Source: Vermamoeba vermiformis (Eukaryota). From it: a DNA stretch of 49,283 nt. Every line of letters starts with the position of its first letter. Within the stretch, counting starts at the first letter, position 1. A model generated the notes under the pieces. It worked only from the letters and a program-made list of their open reading frames with translations, ran no database searches and was not told the origin of the DNA. Made by a program: the position numbers and the translations under genes. The DNA lies in the NCBI GenBank assembly GCA_045837725.1, contig JBEWZL010000151.1, positions 186,001 to 235,283 of the forward strand, in the 5' to 3' direction. Below are positions 39,583 through 49,283 of this stretch, one piece after another.

Positions 39583-40271
39583 AATTACTAAAAAAATATA
39601 CCTCGTGCAAGTGGTATTCGAATCACGATCGAGACAAGCCCTTAAATTTTGGCGCCCACCGGAAAGTTATTGCCTAACATTTTGGCGAATCAAACGTAAC
39701 ATCACAACTCTTACCCAAATTACGGAGGTGGTTGTCGAATAATCAGAGCAATGTAGGATAAATTGGTTATCGAGACTATCATTGTAGTAACAGGTTAATT
39801 TTTGGTCGATCAACCGTCTGCAGGTACGAGCAATTTTCTATAATTTAGCCGAGAGTACTAAAAGATTGTGGGTATTTTAGGAAATGCTTAGCCTAATTTT
39901 TAGCTTTTTTTGCCGAAGCCGAGCTGCTCGTCAACACATCTGGAACGCAGAGAGCCAGCCAAATACAAATTGCACGTAAGTCATTCTAATCCCCGATTTG
40001 ATGACGTTGATACTAACGTTATTGCGATTAGCTTGCTTGATATTGATAAAAAAGCTCGCTAGTCACGGGATCTTGTTTTAGTCCAAGCGTTTTTAAGCTG
40101 CAAAAGGTACGTAAATATATTATTTAAAGCAATTTATTAATACTATTTTTAGTGCGATTACGGATTCTAGAGAACGGGAATAAGCGGCGATCGAGTAACG
40201 AAAACTCGATCGAGGAAGAAGAGGTACGTAAATTATCTTTCAAAGGGTAAATTGCTGACAATATATTACAG

Positions 40272-41346
40272 GTTACTCAGAGTTCCATCGCCGATTACAT
40301 CTTGGGTCCTGCATCCAACGCGCACGATCAATGATTTTTTTGTTTAGTGGGTTTTTTGTTGTTTTTTTGAGGGGGTTTGAAAAAAGGTGAGTATGGGCGT
40401 AGAGGCACAATTGAAGAACTTGAAAGAGCAACAACCAAATGCACGTGTATCGATCGTGACATTTGACGCGGAAGTGACTGTCATTGGCGACGGATCACAA
40501 GAGCCTTTGATTCTGGCTGGCGACAAGTTGAACGACTTAATCGTCTGATGGACCTTGGCAGATCTTACGCCAGCACAGCACACAAGTTGAAGATGATCAA
40601 AGAGTCTTACTCAACAAGTTGTATTGACACAATGAACGATAAGACTTGTGTCAAGCGCTGCGGTAATGTTCCGCGCTGCAATCAAGCAAGATTTACCAAA
40701 TACGGAGGAGGAAACCAAGTTCACAAACGTCGATACTGATGTTGGAAATATAACAGTAAGTATATAAGTATAAACAGTCCTTTCAAGTATCTAAGCAATT
40801 TCTGTTTAGTTGGTGAAGAATTTTCGTTCGAGTTCAGCGGATGCGGATCGTGTCAAGGTGGACAGCATTATGACCCTGCCTTTCCAGATACGGATACGCT
40901 TCACTATGATCGACGGCACCCGTCGAATGCTCGTCATAACTCAGACCAAGGACTTTACGCAAAACAAGTTCGAGGTCGAAAAGAACGCGGATGTGGAAGT
41001 ACTTAGGCTCAACTTGGTGCATCATAGTGCAGCTCTCGCTCAAGAAGGAAAGTACAGCTATTCGTGCCAATATATTCAAGAGAACAAGAGCATGCTCGAT
41101 AGAGTGATCCTAAGCCGTGATGAAAACGAGAACTCGATCGAGATCGGACAGAATCAGAACTGTGACTTCTGTTGCAGACAACATTCATCGCGCATTAGTA
41201 GTCGAGAAGAGTCGCGAGACAATAACAACGAGATGCGCGGCTTGTACAGAAAGCATGTCGATCCAAATCTCGTTCCAGATCTCGCTCTAGATCACGTTCA
41301 CCAACCTGGCAAAGCTTCCGCTTCTATTCTAGACCAGCTGACTTGA
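40272..41346 (+). pseudogene. Degenerate vWA/Sec23-like (CPRAS-type) gene fragment
   Basis: EQQPNARVSIVTFDAEVTVIGDGSQEPLILAGDKLND is followed by a frameshift/stop near 40540-40548. A downstream fragment reads LPFQIRIRFTMIDGTRRMLVITQ. The middle appears deleted. Confidence 0.55.
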
Positions 41347-41901
41347 GCAACGACTTTATCGAGCCAAACTTTGCTTAGCAATAATAACGGTAGTACTCTG
41401 CGCCTGCTCTAGATCTCGTTCTCGCGACCGTATTGAAGAGGAACATACAGAAAAAGACAACAGCCGCAACGAGACACGGACAGAAAGCGAAGAACAACGG
41501 ATTTCAAGTTTAAATTCGCCTAATCTTGAAATTGTTTCTGCCATCGTAAATAAATGTTTCTTATTGTAGTTCTTAAACTGACTTTCCTTTGGCATACCAG
41601 AAGTCCCTTGGCAATAAGTCCGATGCCTAGTCGCGAGTGTCAACGTCTTAACGCGACAATTCGGATATCGAGGCATTCGATCTTGCCGAAGAAGCAGCTT
41701 CTCATGAGAATAAGAACAGAAGAATCGGGCCTAACACAATAAGCGCACAAGAAAACACAACAGCATTTTCGCAAGTGAGCAATGGAGAGCAGGTGGTTAA
41801 CTTCCGAATTATTTAGCAAAAGATAAATTTAAAAGGCCTGTGCATCGATTCGTTATTATTATAAACCGTGAAATTAGGGCCCAAATAGGCGTCATATTTA
41901 T

Positions 41902-44088
41902 ATGGAGCCATTAGACAACAATATTGAACACGAGGCCAAGATCTCCATCGCAGGAGCGATCAACGTTTCGTCCACTTCAGATGCGGTTTTTACCGCCCAG
42001 AATTTTAGCATTGCAATAGAAGACACTCTAATTCTAGCCGATGCTAACCTGGTATTGCTCCGTGGACATCGCTATGGCCTGGTTGGAGAAAACGGTAAGT
42101 TCTTTTTAGACGTCCGTAGATATTTGATTAATTCCTGACAAATTTTATTTAATCGTGGTAAACACTAGTATATAATTTTGATTATTTATTTTTTTTTACA
42201 AAATTGTTTTGACATTTCATTGGTTGGATCTGACTTCACTGCAATGCAGGTGCAGGCAAAACGACTCTCATGCAAGCTATCCTCTCTCGTCTCGAAATGG
42301 ATGACGATACTTCGCTTATCGTTGCTTACGTCGGTCAAAACGACGCAGAATTATCCGCCGCAACTGGATGTACCGTGCTCGAACACTGCCTAGACGGTGA
42401 TGTGAGGATTCGGCGCTTGAAAGATGAAATGGCTGATCTAGAAGATGGCGATCAAGAAGACGTATCACGAGTGGCTGAACGGATTGGCGAAATAATGGAT
42501 CAATTGGAAGAGTACAAACGCACCGAGCCTGAAAAACGTGCCTTCCGGACCCTTCAATCGCTAGGTTTTTCCAAGAAAAGTTGCGAAGGAGCTGTCGACG
42601 AGTTATCAGGGGGCTGGCGGACTCGTCTGGAAATCGCTCGTGCACTGTTCGGGCAACCGAATGTCTTGATGCTTGACGAACCGACCAATCATCTCGATCT
42701 CCACGCAGTGCTGCATTTGGCTTCTATGCTGCGACACAACAATATGAAAAATACTACGACCATTGTGGTCAGTCACGACGCTTCTTTTCTCGATTTAGTG
42801 TGCACGGATATCATCGCACTGCATAGTCAACACATGCAATGCTTTCCTGGAAACTACGCTGCATTCGAAGAGAAGGCAGAAGAATATAGAACCAGACACG
42901 AGAGGTTGTATAAGAATAGACTCGCAGAGGAGGCGAGACAGAAAGAAAGCATTGCACAGGCTAAAACTAGGGCGAGAAAAGCGACCAATGATAAGGCTTT
43001 GAAACAAGTATGTATCGTTTAGCCCATGTTTTTTCATTTTGTTTGACGTGTTTCCCTTCGAAGCAAAGCTGATAATATTACCTTAATAGGCAGCTAGTCG
43101 TGAGCGCAAGGCAGAGACAAGAACTGGGCTATTTCGTGAAGACGGCAAACGATACAAACTGAAATCACTCAAGGTAATGGACCCCAAAGCGGTTCGCTTG
43201 CCCGCCCGTGCCGAACCTGTGCGCGTAGGCAAGTCCGTCTCCCTTCGTCTGCCGCCTTCATATACTTCAGAGACTAACACACCTCTGGTTATGGTCGACG
43301 ATCTCAACTTTGGCTACGAGGCAGTGCCGCCTGTTCTGCGTCGTATCACGTGTTCTATATCGAGCGGCGATAGAATTGCACTTGTTGGCAAGAATGGCAG
43401 TGGCAAGTCAACGCTTATACGGGCACTCATGGGTACTGAAGATGTCAAGGTTAGCAGCAACAATGGTGGCCAAAGAGGTATTCAGCGACGAGGACGCGTT
43501 GCTTTACTCGATCAAAATCAACTTGCCTTGCTTGCCGATCATTTAGACCAATCATCGGTTGAATTTCTCGCCAAGAGGTATCCGTACTCTGACAAGAGCC
43601 GCTTTAGTAACGAAGGTGACATCCGTCAACATCTTGGTGGCTTTGGACTTAATGGCGACATAGCCCTGCTACCCATTAGCGAACTTAGCGGCGGTCTTCG
43701 TGTTCGTCTCTGCCTTGCCGAGTTATTTTCAGATGTCGTTGTGCCTGACGTGCTGTTATTGGACGAACCGACCAATCATTTGGACGCTGAAACAACGCAC
43801 GCGCTCTCTAACGCACTCCAAACGTACCAAGGTGCAGTTCTAGTCGTCAGCCATAATTTTGGGTTTTTAATGTCAGTATGCCGCGATTTGTGGCTCTGCG
43901 AAGGCGGAGGTTTGCAAATTCGAAGGCACAGCGATGCAAAAGACTTTGCGCATCATTTTAGACAGTTTGCCGGTCAAATTGTTTCTAAAGACGATCGCGC
44001 GGATTTAGATTTGGTGCTTACTGTACGAGCTACTAGAAATACTCTCGTCATTCAAGGCAACGCGCAACAAACGTCGCTATTGGTGTAA
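41902..44088 (+). CDS. ABC-F family ATPase (two NBDs, no TM)
   Basis: Walker A GENG|AGKTT (intron-split) and GKNGSGKST, signatures LSGGWRTR and LSGGLRVR, two LDEPTNHLD motifs, H-loops VVSHD and VVSHN. Confidence 0.92.
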
Positions 44089-44445
44089 ATAAACTTGATG
44101 GATGCTACCTTATTCATTGTTTCGTCGTTTAGCGTTTGCGTCGAATAAGCTAGCATTGAAAATAAATTTCCAGTTTAGATCGAGCACAAACTGAGAACAA
44201 CAAATAATCTTTCGACGCTGCGACCACATCATAACAATGAATGGCTTGTTAGGTAATATTTCAGCATTATAGTTTCTCAACTCACGAGTGTTGGCTAGGG
44301 TTGCAAAGATTTGGCATCCGTCACGAGTGGAAAGTTCTTTTGACTCAGTCGCAAGCACCAAAAACTCACAATCCCATATTTAAAAAAAATAGGTAACCCA
44401 AATTATAATATTTTGCTTATTTATTTATTTAATATCGAATTTTAG

Positions 44446-47115
44446 ATTTCGTTCCCGATCATTTCAGACATCGGTGCCCTTATTTGCGAAGGGCAAGAAT
44501 AAGCCACTTGTAACAAAAGAAATGCTAGGTGCAACAAGAGTATCAACATGGGCTGAAGCAGCAGCTGAACGTGCATCTGCCACTAACGCGCCATCTGACC
44601 AGGCCGTAACAGTCGGACCCTACAGATTTCCTGTTATTGCAGGTGAAAATGGTCCGCTATGGTATGACGACCAACTCGTTAAATGGGGTGGAGAGCCGCC
44701 ATTTCTCGATCGAGACAACGCACTCTTCACTTTACTGCGCAACGCTTACATCACAACCAGTAGTGGCGGGAAGCCAGTGGTAACTGTCGCAACAACCTCG
44801 GGCGGCTTTGGCAAAACTAGAATTTTGGTCGAATGGATTGCACAGATATTCAAACACCCGTTCATTGTTGCCTCGTTTCTGGCCAATAAAGACCAATTGG
44901 ATTGCCCAAATATTCAAGAAAACTCTTCGATAACGGATCTGCACGTGGATGATTTGGTGACAACGAACATTCAGGACCAGATTGACGCTGCACTCAAGTC
45001 AGACAACGATCCAAAGCTAAAGGATCGTGCCGCTTTTCTTTTACGCTTATTCAACGCAGGCATCTCTGGATCAATAATAACTATCCACGCACTTCGAAAT
45101 AGGCGAATTTTAGAACTGATTAGTGGTGTGGATATTCTGTCAGAAGCACAAGTCGATCAAGGTAAAGTTTTTACAATTACCTACTTTGAGCTCTAACTGA
45201 TTTTACGAATGAAGTTTGCAAAGCGATTCTTATAAGTGGCATTACTTCTCATGGCAGTCCTTTCTCAGAAGAAGATATTGCCCACTTAAGCATTCCTAAA
45301 CTTGCTGATGCGTTTTTGAATTCGGTGCAAATGAATTCTAAATGGCCCAATTTTGCGACAAAGGCCAGGCCAAAACCATTGCTAATCATCAACATTGATG
45401 AAGTTCAGGTACAAGTGAATTCTTTTCCAAGAACTTGCATTTTAACACGAGGTTGTAGGACTTAATCAGCAAATCAACAGCACGTGCACACAAAAATTTG
45501 GCCTTTGAAATAGCCTTTGTGCTCTTGAATTGGCTTCCAAGAGACTCTGTTATTATTAATATGGTATGCTTAAGCTTTATATCTGCAGAAATGCTAACAG
45601 TATCAGGTGGGCTTGCGTGTGGGAAATTTGACAACTTTTCAAGATCAAACTAAGTATAATCTTGTTCCCTACTTGCCAATGGATCTGTTACTCAAACGAA
45701 AATACCTGAGTGAAGTCTGCGACAAGGTGTTGCAAAAAAAATTATTTTCTGCAGCAACTGGCTCAGAGGATTGTTTCAGCAGGGCCTTGTCAGCACAATT
45801 GCATGAACTTTGGGTCACAGCTTGTGGAATTCCAAGAGCTATTGAAACCCTGGTTAATCAGCTGAGAAAACCTGAACTTCACCTCAACGCAATAGCCAAA
45901 CTTGAAAGAGGTGATATAGATAGGATCAAAAAAGAAATGAGTGACAGAAAGCGATTTGCTGCAATCAAGGCTATGATTGGCACAGACTTACCAGAGAAAC
46001 AATGGAACCAGCTATTGTTGGACTTCATTTTCTGCAAACCAAAGGATCCAGATGCCATTATTGGCCAAAGTACTTTTGAAGACCTGGAAGCTTCTGGATT
46101 TGCTATTCCGTTTCACTTTACTCAGCCAGGTTCCACACCAGCATCTGACAAAGCCAAGAGAAATTACACTATTCCATTTTATTTGCACGCTGAAGAAATT
46201 AGAACAGCAATACCAGCATTTCAAGGAGACCACAGTGAAGAACAAAATCCACACAATATTGCTCGGCAGCCATTCACTATTATTCTTGAAAGTGTGTTGA
46301 ACGTATATGGTCGTTCAATCATTGATGAAGAGCGAACTGCAATACCAGAAAACAAGGAGAGAGGCATCATTATTTTCAAGGGAGATGCCAACAATAATGC
46401 TGGCAAAATCCTGGAGGAAGCAGTAGCGGCAAGCTTATGGATGCGGTACTTGGATGCAACTGGATTCAACAAAAATCGTGCAACACCAATCACAGCTGTT
46501 TGGTCAGATCTCCAGTACCCTGAACTCTATGTAAGATCTATTAATGTTCCATAGTTTAACATTATTTAACTTGTTATCAGGCATCATGGAGAGGAGTGAT
46601 CAAATTTTCTAATCGTGGCTTAGTTTATGAAAAACCAACAAAAGCATCAGCCTTGCAAAAGCATGCTGACTTTGATAAATATGTGGAGTACTTGATACAA
46701 AATCATTACATTGCAATTAATGTGCCCAATGCCCAATTTGCTGATGTGATTGTACCTTTGTATGACAAAAGTGGCAATTTCATGAAGTTGCTTTGCATCC
46801 AATGTCAAAACATTCAAGAGGGTAGCAAGGTAATATACATAAGATGAAATTTAATTAATCACAAATGATACTTAGATAAGACCAGCCAATGTTTATAAAC
46901 AGATGTCTTTTATCCTAAAGGACAAACAAAGAATTTTAATGATTTTGGCTCCAAATATGAAACAGTTCTCAGAGAGAGCAAGGATTAAGACTCAGAAGGA
47001 AGACTTTGCAATATGGGAGAGAAAGAGTTCGTACATTCTCTCCACTGGAGAGAACTTACTGTCAGACTGGTTCTTGCATGTATTCACTGACTCCTTCTTG
47101 TATAATGAAGAATAA
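44446..47115 (+). CDS. Crinkler/RHS-like P-loop NTPase with C-terminal restriction-endonuclease-like domain (start uncertain)
   Basis: Spliced frame stays open across five introns. Walker A TTSGGFGKTR, Walker B PLLIINIDEVQ, CGIPRAIE motif, GKILEEAVA helix and INVPNAQFADVI...LLCIQCQ. Confidence 0.6.
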
Positions 47116-47270
47116 TTGTTTTTAATGCATATTGTAGTTTGCATTTTATATATATTTAGGGTTGCCCACCCTATGGGTTATGGGGTTGTTAGTGGCCCTC
47201 TGGGGCTTTTCTTTCCGCTTGAGGGGAGGTGACCTCCTTTCACCTTGTTTAGACGGCAAGTTGTTGTCCG

Positions 47271-47737
47271 ACAGGATGCAACCTCATTTTGACAGGAGGT
47301 TGTCATCCAAGAGGATGCGACCTTGTTCGACAAGGGAGGCTGTCGTCCAAGAGGATGCGACCTCGTTCGGCAAGGAAGGTTGTCGTCCAGGAGGATGCGA
47401 CCTCGTTCGGCAAGGGAGGCTGTCGTCCAAGAGGATGCGACCTCGTTCGACAAGGAAGGCTGTCGTCCAAGAGGATGCGACCTCGTTCGACAAGGAAGGC
47501 TGTCGTCCAAGAGGATGCGACCTCGTTCGACAAGGGAGGTTGTTGTCCAGGAGGATGCGACCTCGTTCGACAAGGGAGGCTGTCGTCCAAGAGGATGCGA
47601 CCTTGTTCGACAAGGGAGGCTGTCGTCCAAGAGGATGCGACCTCGTTCGGCAAGGAAGGTTGTTGTCCAGGAGGATGCGACCTCGTTCGACAAGGGAGGT
47701 TGTTGTCCAGGAGGATGCGACCTCGTTCGGCAAGGAA
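47271..47737. repeat. Subtelomeric 40-bp tandem minisatellite
   Basis: Unit GAGGATGCGACCTCGTTCGACAAGGGAGGCTGTCGTCCAA. Ten full copies at 47311-47710, a partial copy to 47737 and a degenerate first copy at 47271-47310. Confidence 0.97.
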
Positions 47738-47886
47738 TTCGAATTAACATACGTTTTAAGAGTGTAAGTGATGCCAACGTAAACATCATTTAATATGACC
47801 TAAATGACTGATGTTAGGCATTAGGGATACAATTCCTATCACTAATAAACATTGATATTATACTGTATACGGGAGGGTCCATAATT

Positions 47887-48749
47887 GATCCCGAGCGAGA
47901 CTCGCTAAGGATGGGAAAAAGAAAAAAGAAGGGGGGTGCAGGGGGCGGAGCCCCCTGATAAGTCATCCATTCAACATTTTTTCATCCCGAGCGAGACTCG
48001 CTAAGGATGAACCATAACCGTTCTTGTTGGTAGTTAAAAATAATGCGAGACATCCCGAGCGAGACTCGTCTGGGATGGAAATTAATTAATCCTCTGACCT
48101 GACTCACAAATTATTAGTTGCATCCCTGGCGAGACTCGCTCGGGATAGAATCCAATAACTTAAGGTGCATAATAATATAATTTTCAACAATTCAATCCTT
48201 AAAACCCAGCTGCTCCTCTCATCCCAAGCGAGACTCGCTCGGGATGGAAATTGAAACGTAAGGGGTGCGAAAACTGTAATTTTACACCAGAATTTGAAAT
48301 TGCCTCCCAAAATTAGCAAGGGAGGAAAATCTATAAAATTTCCGTTCGGTTTTTTTTTTCATTTTACTTTCACTTACCACACACACCACCACAACTCAAC
48401 ACCGTAACTTTGTTTTTTTTTATATCAAAAAATGAGCAATAATTCCAAAGGTACCCCCTCTGGTCGCCAAACCCGAAGCTCCTCGACGACTACAGCAAGG
48501 ACCCCCGGGATAAGCTCACGGTAAGTAAAGTTTTAATCGAAATTTATTTTCGAAGTCATCCCGAGCGAGACTCGCCTGGGATGGATTAAACAATCTCTAT
48601 GTTGAAATTGATGTATGTTTACCATATATTTTTTTAAAGAATTCATCCCGAGCGAGACTCGTTAAGGATGATATTAAAATAATCATTCATCCTAAAGTGA
48701 ATAAACTTAACTTTCAGTTAGTCATCCCAGGCGAGACTCGCTCGGGATG
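47887..48749. repeat. Eight dispersed 27-bp palindromes, consensus CATCCCGAGCGAG-A-CTCGCTCGGGATG
   Basis: Copies start at 47887, 47983, 48051, 48121, 48220, 48557, 48644 and 48723, separated by non-repetitive AT-rich spacers. Confidence 0.95.
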
Positions 48750-48898
48750 AAAATAAATCATTTAATACCCACTTATTTCATTTTCCTAGGAGTTAGGGGC
48801 AGGATTTGATGATCCACTAAGTTGATAAAAATCTCAAAAACAGAAAATGTTGTCAATTTTACGTGAAAATAAATGAAATTTTGGTAAAATCTGTGACC

Positions 48899-48977
48899 GA
48901 TCCTCTTACGGACCGTAAAAGGATGCAATTCTTTTCAAAAATTTGACACCCATCCTTTAAGGGACCGTAAAGGGATG
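48899..48977. repeat. Two 27-bp imperfect palindromes of a second family (CATCC-TTTTACGG-A-CCGTAAAA-GGATG-like)
   Basis: GATCCTCTTACGGACCGTAAAAGGATG at 48899-48925 and CATCCTTTAAGGGACCGTAAAGGGATG at 48951-48977. Confidence 0.85.
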
Positions 48978-49025
48978 GATTCTGAGTACCAGTTGGCACA
49001 AAGCACAGTCAAAGTGATCCTTTTT

Positions 49026-49281
49026 TTAGGGTTAGGGTTAGGGTTAGGGTTAGGGTTAGGGTTAGGGTTAGGGTTAGGGTTAGGGTTAGGGTTAGGGTTA
49101 GGGTTAGGGTTAGGGTTAGGGTTAGGGTTAGGGTTAGGGTTAGGGTTAGGGTTAGGGTTAGGGTTAGGGTTAGGGTTAGGGTTAGGGTTAGGGTTAGGGT
49201 TAGGGTTAGGGTTAGGGTTAGGGTTAGGGTTAGGGTTAGGGTTAGGGTTAGGGTTAGGGTTAGGGTTAGGGTTAGGGTTAG
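49026..49281 (+). repeat. Telomere, (TTAGGG)n
   Basis: 42 perfect TTAGGG copies at 49026-49277 plus TTAG, with the G-rich strand running 5'->3' toward the window end. Confidence 0.99.
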
Positions 49282-49283
49282 CG

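Noticed and set aside
47162-47793. Six overlapping 116-203 aa ORFs on both strands
   Set aside because: Artefact of a stop-free 40-bp tandem repeat. The peptides cycle through all three frames.
47887-48749. Bona fide CRISPR array
   Set aside because: Eukaryotic subtelomere, no cas genes, spacer lengths very irregular (41-310 nt) and repeats vary on either arm. Kept as a palindrome array.
1-49283. tRNA/rRNA genes or an autonomous transposon (transposase, RT, TIRs)
   Set aside because: None recognisable by eye. tRNAscan-SE, Infernal and RepeatModeler would be needed to exclude them.
49282-49283. Terminal CG after the telomeric repeats
   Set aside because: Most likely a contig-end or adapter artefact.

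Overview
Gene-dense, intron-rich eukaryotic chromosome end: short GT-AG introns with CTAAC-like branch points, and the window ends in 42 perfect TTAGGG repeats. Gene content suggests a free-living protist, possibly amoebozoan (inference). About 20 spliced genes were reconstructed by eye: three tandem EGF-repeat surface receptors, an MFS transporter, a Rab, a CDC123/R2K ATP-grasp protein, a carotenoid oxygenase, GH43, a Gfo/Idh/MocA dehydrogenase, an HExxH protease, a DMT transporter, AIF, an F-box protein, a vWA pseudogene, ABC-F and a telomere-proximal Crinkler-like NTPase+nuclease gene. The best candidate for a new system is a tandem pair of minus-strand genes (10095-12656, 13082-15741). Once spliced, each encodes an unknown N-terminal domain with a KRR motif, a MYRF/phage-tailspike-type self-cleaving peptidase S74 (ICA) domain with intact S-D-x3-K, a coiled coil, a TM helix and a plant-type LRR ectodomain. 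This suggests a one-component LRR receptor fused to a self-releasing cytosolic/nuclear effector. Also notable: an N-acylation-type (MGCxxSK) Rab1-like GTPase with no C-terminal cysteine, and a subtelomeric array of ten 27-bp CATCC-N17-GGATG palindromes separated by unique spacers. All family calls come from motif recognition, not database searches.
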